Shown here in pieces: positions 53,245 through 64,000 of a stretch of DNA of 64,000 bases. The notes under the pieces are model-generated. The model ran no database searches. It saw only the letters and a program-made list of their open reading frames with translations, and had not been told where the DNA came from. Numbering within the stretch: the first letter of the stretch is position 1; each line of letters starts with the position of its first letter. Source of the DNA: Octopus vulgaris (Eukaryota); NCBI GenBank assembly GCA_951406725.2, contig OX597827.1, positions 21,824,001-21,888,000 of the forward strand, written 5' to 3'. A program made the translations under genes and the position numbers.

Positions 53245-54614
53245 ATCCAGCATGGCCACAACCTCAAGGCTGAAACGTATAAAACAATAACAGAATATAA
53301 ATGTGTGCATGTGTGAGAGAGAGAGAGTGTGTGTGTATATGTATGTATGTATGTATGTATATATATATATAATAATGCGGTTTTTTCAACAGCTTGAACT
53401 AAATGTCAGAGGGGAATGGGATAAACTACTTATATTAACTTGCTATAAAAGCAGGTAGTAATTTTATCTTGTCCTTATTCATAGTGCAAGTTTTGAAGAG
53501 TGCATTTCGATTTTAACAGCTATTTTTTCAAAGCTATATTGGAAGTAACAAAGGAGCATATTTGGCATATTTTGCTTTATGAGTTCAATAAAGACAACAA
53601 CGCAACGGAAAGTACAAGAAATATTAATGCAGTATATGGGGATTGGACAATAAGCGTAAGGCAGTGTCAATGGTGGTTCCAGAAATTCCGAGCCATAAAC
53701 TACAGCCTAGAAGACGAGCCTCATCCTGAAAGATCTGTAGAACTCGACAAGGACATCCTGAAAACCCTGGTGGAACAAAATCTCATCGTAACTGTTGAGG
53801 AACTAGCAGAGAAGCTTGGATTTGGTCATTCAACCATTCATTGAGACCTGTGTGCTATCGGAAAAGTCAGCAAATTGGGTCAATGGGTTCCTCACGAACT
53901 TTCCGAGTCTAATTGCATGCAGAGAGTGAATGTATGCTTTTCTTTGCTGTCACATCTCACCACTACTGCGCTATGTATATCTATATATATAAAACTGTAG
54001 TTGTGTGAGTGTCTGTCCCCTTCGATTTAGATTCCTAACTACTCCCACATTTTGCGGTGCAGTTTAACCAAATTCGGGTAGCTTATAGTCGTGATTCATA
54101 TCGAGCCCGTCTGACTATTAGCGCGCGTCAACGATGAGTCTACGATTTTAAAAATAATTTAACATCATTTTTTATTCCATTTTAATGCATAATTTTTCGT
54201 GTGTCGATGGCGGCGGAGTTGGCGTCCACGCTCACACCTGCACCTGTGGGGAAGGGAGTGTAAGGAAATCAACGTCGTAATGCGTTGTCAAGGAGACCAG
54301 CGTTCTTTTAGAACAACGACTTCATGGCTTGAAGACACCAAAACAGAAATGGCTAAGAAAGCGTCTACATGAGTCTACGATTTAAAAAAAAATTTACCAT
54401 CGTTTTTTTTCCATTTTAATGCATTTTTTCGCTATTATATAAGGGAAGTAACTCTCTAAAAATGTCTACGATGAGTCAACGATTTAAAAAAATTTACCAT
54501 CATATTTTTTCCATTTTTAATGCATTTTTTGCTATTTTTTGGCTATAACTCTCTAAAAATGCTTATATAGTTATTTCCCTTACAAACCCGAGCAACGCCG
54601 GGCGATACTGCTAG
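52500..54614 (+). mobile_element. Composite Helitron-like unit, copy 1
   Basis: A|TC..TATTATAAAA start; CCCGAGCAACGCCGGG hairpin plus CTAG|T end; duplicated at 58583-60346; internal Helitron start at 53980. Confidence 0.7.
53370..53960 (+). pseudogene. mariner transposase 5' fragment (Mos1-type HTH)
   Basis: EHIWHILLYEFNK..WFQKFR..LEDEPH..VEELAEKLG, an in-frame stop, then WVPHEL. Confidence 0.92.
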
Positions 54615-54669
54615 TTTATGATAAAATAAATATACACAAACTATAAAAATAGTAAATATATATATATAT

Positions 54670-54812
54670 AGGCGCAGGAGTGGCTGTGTGGTAAGTACCT
54701 TGCTTACCACCCACATGGTCCCGGATTCAATCCCACTGCGTGGCACTTTGGACAACTGTCTTGTCTTGTGAGTGGATTTGGTAGATGGAAATTGAAAGAA
54801 ACCTGTCGAATA

Positions 54813-54887
<75 letters not shown>

Positions 54888-55082
54888 CTGTCCCCCCAAC
54901 ATCGCTTGACAACCGATGCTGATGTGTTTACGTCCCTGTAACTTAGCGGTTCGGCAAAAGTGACCGATAGAATAAGTACTAGGCTTAGAAAGAATAAACC
55001 CTGGGGTCGATTTGCTCGACTAAAGGCGGTGCTGCAGCATGGCCACAGTCAAATGACTGAAACAACAAAGAGAATAAAAGAA
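54670..55082 (+). mobile_element. SINE family A
   Basis: Head and tail match the family; small internal deletion. Confidence 0.88.
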
Positions 55083-56548
55083 CAGTATAGTACTGTTTCT
55101 ACTTCGCGGATTTTCACTTATCGCGGGTTTTTTTTGGAGCGTAACACTGGCGATAGTCGAGGGATTGCTGTACTTCAAATGAGAAAAACGAACAATTTGC
55201 GACCATAAGTTTTAAAAAATATACGAAAGGCAATGTCTACTCTTGAAAAGGCACAAGTATTTTATTACCCACATATACCCCTGGTTGCGTTTTCGCAACA
55301 CCTGCTCCTATGTGGACGCGAACTCGCCGGGAAGCATCTGACTGAGCCTACGAAATGCTCAGTTGCTACTCGACACCCGTAGCTGACAGTTGCATACTGT
55401 CCTTCTCTTCCAGATTGTGAAAGATTACCACAACGTTTTACCTAAATACAGTGAAATTTTAAGACTTTATTTTTTATGGGCAAAATATGGGTTAAGTTCA
55501 GCATGACTGAATCTTGTTATTACGTTGTTGCACTGAACTTATGGTGCGCAAATGACTGAAACTACTGGAGCACAGCTGAGACATGAGTGTTCAAGTTCTC
55601 TGGGTAAAGAAAGTAATCAGATTTTGCTAACAGTGAAAATACCTTTCGATTTTAGTCGATGATGAAGTCATTAAAATTACACGATCTGGCGCATCATTCA
55701 GAAAAGAAAATCTCTCTGATATTATTCTAGCAAGTCTAAAGTGATTTCTTTTGTGCTGTAAACTATTTACCATTTCTGAAGTGCCCCCACCCTCCACTGC
55801 CTTCTCTTCCCAACCAAAAGAAGGCAGCAGGACAATCTCCAGGATGGGGTAGAGAGCCAGATTTGCTTTACACGTAACTCTACAAGTCACCGATGCGCAT
55901 GCAGGATCGTTTCGTCGCTCTGCTCGCCTCTTGAGCCAATGTGGCAGCTGAATGCACTCCCATGCATCTCGAGATTATCTCGAACTTAGTCAATTACCCC
56001 AGGCCAGGAGTTTCTGGAAATTATCCTCAAGCTCTGGCTTGACTGCCCTTCGGCACAAGCCAGCCAGTTGATTTTCATCGACGTTGTCGCTCTTGGCCAG
56101 CATGAATCCTTTATAGAATGCCATGGTGGAACACACACCGACCGCGCTGCCAGACTGGCAGAGGTCTGTGGGCGGTTGACACCTTGCTTCCGTCTACGCT
56201 TCATCCAGGACTGCAGCTCTGGAGCTACAGAAAAATTCATCTAACAAACAGCGACCACAATAACATTTTTTGTCTGTTGTGGTAACAATACTGCCAGATC
56301 GCCGCCTTTGTAATAACAATAACTGCTGCTACAACTCACATGTGACGTGCGTGGTGGCTTTGGTGAGTACGTATGCGTGTGTGAGAGCGTGTGGGAAATG
56401 AGGGCGAGTGTGTGAACGAATGATGTAATAATTAAAAGCTTTCCTGCTAACTCTTTGACATGCTTTTTGTCAGTGTGGCTGTCTGAAATAATTACATCGT
56501 CACGACCTGACACCAACGGCGACGCTATTGTTCATAACTGCTCTATAA

Positions 56549-56916
56549 TCTCTATATATAAACGGCAAAATGTCTGTGTGCGTGTCCTTTATACAAATCC
56601 ACAACTTTTTAGTTAGAGGGCTCTCACTTTCTATGGTCATTCAAAACCGTCCTAGGGTGGTCGTGCAATCTTTACATTTCCCCAGTCACCCCGCAAAGCC
56701 ATTAAAAAATCAATAGAAGTGAATTTTCGTGAATTTTCTATCCAAAATCCAATCAAAATGCCCGAACCTTGATACGCCAATTGAATGCCAGCTAGCTGTA
56801 TGTGATTGGTTGGAGATTTGGGCAGTACTCGCGTGTATGTGCGCACGCACGCACGCACGCAGTTGTATATGCATGCACTAGCACTATGACCCGGCAACGC
56901 CGGGTCATAGTGCTAG
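56549..56916 (+). mobile_element. Non-autonomous Helitron family B
   Basis: A|TCTCTATATATAAA start; perfect terminal hairpin ACTAGCACTATGACCCGGC-aac-GCCGGGTCATAGTGCTAGT ending CTAG|T; copy at 60347-60701. Confidence 0.85.
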
Positions 56917-57510
56917 TATTAAATATAATAGATTTATATTCTTGGAGGCACTGGCTTGAAGGGTGTGTGTTGATTATGTTTGTGGTTGTTGCTTAGACTT
57001 AGGTCAGCCTTGATCGAGTAGACCCATGCTGAAAGGGGTTTCATTCTCTAGGACTATATTATCCTGCTGGATGTAATTTAAGAGAGATTTAGCTGCTATT
57101 TCTAGCGATTTGAGGTGATCTTGTCAAATAAAAGTAGAAAGAAAGACAGAAAGAACGAAGGAAAGGAAGAACGAGGCCCTCGACTTTTCATTTTATGAAT
57201 TGAAAGGGTATTATTACTGCAAGGTCGAAAGCCCTCATCTTGTTTCCCCTAATTCTCATAAAAAGCTAATGCCCCTCCCCCCTCGCCCCACGTCTGATAA
57301 TTGTTCAGTTTTATTCATAATTATTTACGGCAAATGGTTAAAAACTTCACTTTGCAAGCGTGGGCCCCCGGCTTTGATCCCTCTATCTGGTACCTAGGGA
57401 GTGGGGCTCTCGCCTCGGGTCAACCCATATTTTGTGAGTGAATTTGGGTTGGCAGAAACTGTACCGAATCTTGTCCACTGTTATTCCAAAGTTCCTGTCC
57501 AGTCTCTCTC

Positions 57511-57545
<35 letters not shown>

Positions 57546-57854
57546 TACATCACACATCATTCGACCAGAGAATAATATTAACGCATTAACTGCCAAATTT
57601 TTTTATTCATATTTTTTTGGCTTTTCCATGTGTCTTAGGAGTTAAAATAATATATAGTATTTAAATTTTCTTCATATGTCAATTATTTTGGAAATTATAA
57701 ATTTTTCGAAAAGTTCCAAATGGAGATCGCTGAAAAAAAAAAAACCGTATTTATCGTTTTCTATTCAATTGCAATAAAAAAAAACGCTTTAGTTCTTTTG
57801 AAACTATAGTATCAAATGCGTAAGTGTATGAAATATCGATGAATGATATAGATG

Positions 57855-58271
57855 AAGGCGGCGAGCTGGCAAAACCGTTAGCACGCCGGACGAAATGCGT
57901 AGCCGTATTTAGTCTGCTGTTACGTTCTGAGTTCAAATTCCGCCGAGGTCGACTTTGCCTATCATCCTTTCGGGGTCGATAAATTAAGTACCAGTTACGC
58001 ACTGGGGTCGATGTAATCGACTCAATCCGTTTGTCTATCCTTGTTTGTCCCCCTTATGTTTAGCCCCTTGTGGGTAGTAAAGAAATAGGTATTTCGTCTG
58101 CCGCTACGTTCTGAGTTCAAATTCCGCCGAGGTCGACTTTGCCTTTTATCCTTTCGGGGTCGATTAAATAAGTAGCAGTAACGCACTGGGGTCGATGTAA
58201 TCGACTTAATTTGTCTGTCTGTCCTTGTTTGTCCCCTCTATGTTTAGCCCCTTGTGCGCAGTAAAGAAACA
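57855..58271 (+). mobile_element. SINE family B, dimeric
   Basis: 10-bp TSD GATATAGATG (57845-57854, 58272-58281). Confidence 0.9.
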
Positions 58272-58582
58272 GATATAGATGGTGGTAGTGGTGGGTGTTT
58301 TCAGAACAGTCAATATTTTTGTAGTTCAAAAATTGCAAGTTATGACATAAAATGTCCTTTAGATTTAGCCAGAGCTAATAATGACAAACTTTAACTACTA
58401 ATTATTATTAAACACACCTCTGCAAATGCAATGTTCATAAGCAATTCACTTTAAATACAACGAACACACGGCAGTAAGACTGTTTTTAGGTTGATTCAAT
58501 GAAGAGGTTATTCGATTGATTGAACAACTGAATCCTCATCGAAGAACGACGGAGATCCCTACCTCCAACCACGAAATAAAAA

Positions 58583-59010
58583 TCTATTATTATAAAAGGC
58601 AGATTTTATCTGCCTCCCTTTGGAGTTATACAAATCTACAATATAGGATTTCTTCAATTACAATTTACCTGGCATTTTTGAGAGTACAATGCATCGCGTC
58701 ATGCCAGGTCCAGTTTTTAAAATTTAAACTCCAATTAAGCAAAATTTACAGAAAACTCACATTCTGGTGTGTGTGTCAAATGCTTTTCTTAGTCTGGTTT
58801 ACACCACACGCAAACGCACACACACAGTGGGCAACGAATAAAATGAAAGTAAATAGCGACAGTGATTTGAGGAAGACTAAAGTGAAAGTATTCTGTCTAT
58901 GACGCTGATAGATATATGGGTAAAATGTATGGGAAGCTAAGAGCTAAGAGTGAGTGAAAATGTTCTTGGAAGAGAGTAATTAGTAATAAAGTAAACATAC
59001 ACTCATAGAT

Positions 59011-59050
<40 letters not shown>

Positions 59051-60346
59051 ACACACACACATACATACACACACACATACATACATACACACATACATAC
59101 ATATACATACATACATATACATACATACATACACACACACAAACACACACACACAGTATTGAAGCTTGAGAACAATCAGATATATTTGCAACACATCTGT
59201 TGAAAATATTATTGTTCACACACATACATATACATATATACATACAGACAGACAGACAGATAGACACACACACACACACACACACACATGATCCAGCATG
59301 GCCACAACCTCAAGGCTGAAACATATAAAAGAATAACAGAATATAAATGTGTGCAAAGTACAAGAAATATTAATGCAGTATATGGGGATTGGACAATAAG
59401 CGTAAGGCAGTGTCAATGGTGGTTCCAGAAATCCCGAGCCATAAACTACAGCCTAGAAGACGAGCCTCATCCTGAAAGATCTGTAGAACTCGACAAGGAC
59501 ATCCTGAAAACCCTGGTGGAACAAAATATCATCGTAACTGTTGAGGAACTAGCAGAGAAGCTTGGATTTGGTCATTCAACCATTCATTGACACCTGTGTG
59601 CTATCGGAAAAGTCAGCAAATTGGGTCAATGGGTTCCTCACGAACTTTCCGAGTCTAATTGCATGCAGAGAGTGAATGTATGCTTTTCTTTGCTGTCATA
59701 TCTCACCACTACTGCGCTATGTATATCTATATATATAAAACTGTAGTTGTGTGAGTGTCTGTCCCCTTCGATTTAGATTCCTAACTACTCCCACATTTTG
59801 CGGTACAGTTTAACCAAATTCGGGTAGCTTATAGTCGTGATTCATATCGAGCCCATCTGAATATTAGCGCGCGTCTACGATGAGTCTACGATTTTAAAAA
59901 TAATTTAACATCATTTTTTATTCCATTTTAATGCATAATTTTTCGTGTGTTGGCGGCGGAGTTGGCGTCCACGCTCACACCTGCACCTGTGGGGAAGGGA
60001 GTGTAAGGAAATCAACGTCGTAATGCGTTGTCAAGGAGACCAGTGTTCTTTTAGAACAACGACTTCATGGCTTGAAGACACCAAAACAGAAATGGCTAAG
60101 AAAGCGTCTACATGAGTCTACGATTTAAAAAAAAATTTACCATCGTTTTTTTTCCATTTTAATGCATTTTTTCGCTATTATATAAGGGAAGTAACTCTCT
60201 AAAAATGTCTACGATGAGTCAACGATTTTAAAAAAATTTACCATCATATTTTTTCCATTTTTAATGCATTTTTTGCTATTTTTTGGCTATATGCTTATAT
60301 AGTTATTTCCCTTACAAACCCGAGCAACGCCGGGCGATACTGCTAG
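58583..60346 (+). mobile_element. Composite Helitron-like unit, copy 2 (about 300-bp deletion removes the mariner 5' end)
   Basis: Collinear with 52500-54614; mariner remnant about 59355-59700; internal Helitron start at 59726. Confidence 0.7.
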
Positions 60347-60701
60347 TCTCTCTATATATAAACGGCAAAATGTCTGTCTGTGTGCGTGTCCTTTATACAA
60401 ATCCACAATTTTTCAGTTAGAAGGCTCTCGCTTTCTATAGTCATTCAAAACCGTCCAAGGGTGGTCGTGCACATCTTTACATTTCCCCAGTCACCCCGCA
60501 AAGCCATTAAAAAATCAAAAGAGGTGACTGTTTTGTGAATTTTCTATCCAAAACCCAATCAAAATGCCCGAAATTTGATACGCCAATTGAATGCCAGCTA
60601 GCTGTATGTGATTGGTTGGAGATTTGGACAGTACTCGCGTGTATGTGCGCACGCATGCAGCTGTATATGCATGCACTAGCGCTATGACCCGGCGTTGCTA
60701 G
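60347..60701 (+). mobile_element. Non-autonomous Helitron family B, copy 2
   Basis: Directly abuts the previous CTAG; matches 56549-56916; hairpin partly deleted. Confidence 0.85.
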
Positions 60702-61105
60702 TTAAGAGAATAAAATACATTTTCTTCTTCATCACATAATTATAGAAAATAAATGGTGGCCGTCATTCACGAGCGAATATGACATGTTAGTTTGTACCAC
60801 GCTTTGGCTAATTGTTTTAGGTGTCTTTGGAGTCACAGACAGACATGGACGCCCTATCGACTCCCCCATCATTTGACCCAGCGGCACATCTAAGATATGA
60901 CAGTGTGAGGGAGACAAAAGTACGTCTGTACTGGGCTGCAACTCATTTTTAGTTTAAAAGTCGGAAGAAGCGTGGAATGACGTGTCTTGCTCAAGGACAG
61001 TATGTACCATTCGGTGCAGGAATTGAACCGACGACCTTCTAATTACGAGTCTAACATCTAACCATTTCCTGTGGCAAACATATGTGGCCATTAAATATAT
61101 AACTG

Positions 61106-61141
<36 letters not shown>

Positions 61142-62857
61142 AGAGAGAGAGCGGGGGAGAGGAGAGGGGAGAGAGGGGAAGGAGAACTAATGTTAATTAA
61201 TTACATCGATACAAGGCAACACATTACGAGGTGGGGGAGGGGGACAGTGGGTTATACCAACCTTAACTTAATTGGGTTTTATCGATCTCGACATTGTGAA
61301 AAAAAACTCCGACTTCAGCGAGATTTGAACATTGAACGCAAAAGGCAGGAAACATTAGCACAAAGTATTTTACACAATGTCTAAAGGCATTGGAATATGG
61401 TAAGGCAGTGAGTTGGCAGGATCGTGAGCCCGCCGAGCTTAGCGGCATTTCGTCCGTCTTTACGTTCTGAGTTCGAATTCTGTTGTGGTCGACTTTGCCT
61501 TTCATCCTTTCGGGGTCGATGAAATAAAAACCAGTTGAGAAATGGGGTCTCCTTCCCCCAAAACTTGTGCCAATAATAGAAAGGATTATTGGATTATGGT
61601 AAAACTCAAGCTTTCCGAGAAGTATCCCCGGCGAAATACATCCAATGGACTTCTAATAAAAATACCCGACCTGTCAGTAATGGCAATGAAATCATCCTTA
61701 AAATAGGGCAGGTCACATTGAATGAAGTAGTCCACACAAAAGGGTCGATTGTTTTTTGTTACCTTTACTAAAACCCTATTCACAAAGACAATCCATGTCT
61801 CTCTTATACAAAATATTTTATTTGTTCTGTTAATTTAATAAAAAATAATGCCAGCTGTTTCAATAGGTGAGCATATATTGTAGTATAGATATTTTATAGT
61901 ATAGATAGTAACTGCTTGTTGCATGCGACCTAATAGCATTAAATAGTACAGATGTGAATTGAATTTGCCTTTCATAATATGAGGAGGCTTCGCCTATCAC
62001 GAAATAAAGAAATGCCATAGAAAAACACCACCAACACCACAACTAGATATCAGCGGTTCTGAGAATTAACAGCAGAAAATAAGGTTTCAATACCGACCAT
62101 GATGATGTTCTGCACCAGGTCAGCTTTGAACTTCTAGCGTCCTGTTATAGACTCATTTCTATGCTCTGTATTTTATCTTACAATTCATTGTGTCTGAACT
62201 TCTAACGTCCTGTTATAGATTTTCTATTACTTTGTATCAAAAGCGTTCCAGTCGTGATCATCTCGTCTTATGTTGTATATCAGAGACTACATTATGTAAT
62301 TGTTTTTATGATAACGGGGGTATTTTCTTCATTGTAACCGGATTTCTTGAACGTTTTCTTCTAGCCTATCCCTTCAACATGTTTAGCAGTGTTGAAGTAC
62401 CCCGTGTAAAGAATAAAATGTAAAATGGTTGGTTACCAATAAAACAGATGGGAGACATACTTTATTTGTAATTAATATTGTAATTAATATTGGATTTTCA
62501 GAGCCCACCATGGTTATTTTTGCCTTTTATCCTTCCATAGTCGATAAATTAAAGAATCGATCAAATACTATTATCGATATAATTGACTGTCTGGCCCACC
62601 TCTGTGACCCCACCCATATTCCAAGTGCTTCGTCAATCTAAGAAATTAATTTAAATTAAGTTAAATTTTTAACGAGACGGATAAGTTTCCTTCTTTCTAA
62701 CCAGTGATCCAATTCTAGAGACACACTCCATATCATTGTCGACTGTCAGTATTGCACGGAATCATAAACTTAGCTGAAAACCTTTGCTTTCAACATTAAA
62801 TGAGACGAGAAATGCAAATAAAGCTCTCCAAATATTTTTCTTGATACACGAGTTATA

Positions 62858-63057
62858 TGTGATTACTTTGTAGTGGGAATTCGAAACCGAACCCCTGTAT
62901 ACACGGTCAGATATCACGAGTAAACCACCATAGTTTCACGAGATCGGTCTCTTAACCGACCAATCAGCATGAAGCGATGGCGTCGACAGGTTTTCTCGAA
63001 CATTCTAAAATTTTACTTCCTATCCCCTATAAAAACATTTAATTTTCGAGGTCAGTT
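62858..63057 (+). promoter_or_regulatory. Heat-shock-type Pol II promoter: CCAAT, perfect 3-unit HSE, TATA, Inr
   Basis: CCAAT 62960-62964; tTTCtcGAAcaTTCt 62992-63006; TATAAAA 63028-63034; TCAGTT 63052-63057. Confidence 0.65.
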
Positions 63058-63594
63058 TTTCCAGTTTGTTTAATTTATGGAATCGACTTTTTGATGAATT
63101 GACTTCTCAATAACAAAATATTTTATGCATATTTATATTTATCGGCATCAGAAGAATAAAAAGCAAAGTCGTTGATGGTTAACGGAGATGTTGAAAATTA
63201 AGCAATGTCTTGTGGTATTAAATTACAGATCTTTACGTTCTGTGTTTAAATCCTGTCGCAGCCATCTTCAACTTTCAGCCTTTCGGGGTGGATAAAACAA
63301 AGTCCTAGTCGTGCATGAGAAAGTGATATACCTGGATTTTTTGTTGCCCGGGCGCTCCATAAGTTTTCGCCTCTCCCCTCCATCCAAAAAAGCACAACAT
63401 AAAATACCACATCCCGCAAAAGAGAAAAAATTCGCCCAGGGCGGAGCCACCCTCTTTCGTTACTGTGTGGCCATGCTTATGGAACGGAGACTAATTTATA
63501 TCTCTATAACGCAGGGATTCTCCAACCAGGGTAATACATGTACACTTAAAAGTTCGCTAGAGAAATTGTAGAAGTACGCTAGGTCTGAAGTTGT

Positions 63595-63900
63595 TGTTAG
63601 TTTGTGTTGCTGGTGTTGTTTCCTGTGGTAGCTGGTAGAGTTGTTTCTTGAGCTGCGTGAAGAAATAACTGAACATTTAACAGATTTTATTGTCACACTT
63701 AAAGCAAATTGCGCTGGTTTTTTTTTACAGATAACAACAGCAATAATTACAAATTGGGAGAGAGATACTGCTTGGATTTTACGGTTTGCACAGCTTAACT
63801 GGAAACAATTGTGTTATATTCGTGGTGACGAAGGTACCTGTCATCTATCTGTGTCCTCTATCTTTGCTGTTGTTCTGGGTCGTCTGGCTAGTAAAAATAT
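63595..63900 (-). pseudogene. Decayed paralog of the 32490-33273 unit
   Basis: Shared blocks such as CAATTGTTTCCAGTTA, TTTGTAATTATT and AATAAAATCT (minus strand); lacks the Inr/first-ATG segment. Confidence 0.45.
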
Positions 63901-63904
63901 GCAC

Positions 63905-64000
63905 TTAACGGTTTTTCATTGGGGACCAGAATTAAAAGTTTAGAATGTTCGAGAAAACCTGTCGACGCCATTGCTTCACACTGATTGGTCGGTTAATAGA
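63905..64000 (-). promoter_or_regulatory. Third copy of the promoter module (HSE intact, TATA mutated); runs off the window
   Basis: aGAAtgTTCgaGAAa 63942-63956; ATTGG near 63985; inverted near-copy of 62948-63040. Confidence 0.55.

Noticed and set aside
53500-53844. SETMAR-like host gene
   Set aside because: Only a truncated mariner HTH fragment with an in-frame stop; no SET domain or splice structure.
63641-63943. 100-aa + strand ORF as a gene
   Set aside because: Non-ATG start; the paralog at 32940-33212 has stops in this frame, and substitutions fit the opposite strand better.

Overview
AT-rich, microsatellite- and SINE-dense animal genomic DNA. The repeat families look like those of a coleoid cephalopod, probably Octopus (inference from recognised repeats, not tested). 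Main contents: (1) 354-27726 (+): 15 phase-consistent GT-AG exons (2635 nt, about 878 codons; 5' end lies upstream of the window, last exon unresolved). They encode a divergent UNC13/Munc13-type MUN-domain protein (MHD1- and MHD2-like motifs) in which the usual C-terminal C2 domain seems replaced by a DEP-like segment plus a Ser-rich linker. (2) A family of paralogous promoter modules with heat-shock-gene architecture (CCAAT - HSE - TATA - Inr) at about 33.3 kb (-), 63.0 kb (+) and 63.9 kb (-). The two minus-strand copies share a decayed downstream unit with a coding-like substitution pattern. (3) Transposable element debris: tRNA-derived SINEs (some dimeric with TSDs), RTE/CR1/R4/Penelope fragments with hammerhead-like motifs, a decayed Gypsy element (36-40 kb), mariner/hAT/piggyBac/pogo-type MITEs, and Helitrons including a duplicated composite carrying a mariner transposase fragment. 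Most ORFs in the supplied track are microsatellite or TE artefacts. No rRNA, genuine tRNA gene or CRISPR array is supported.
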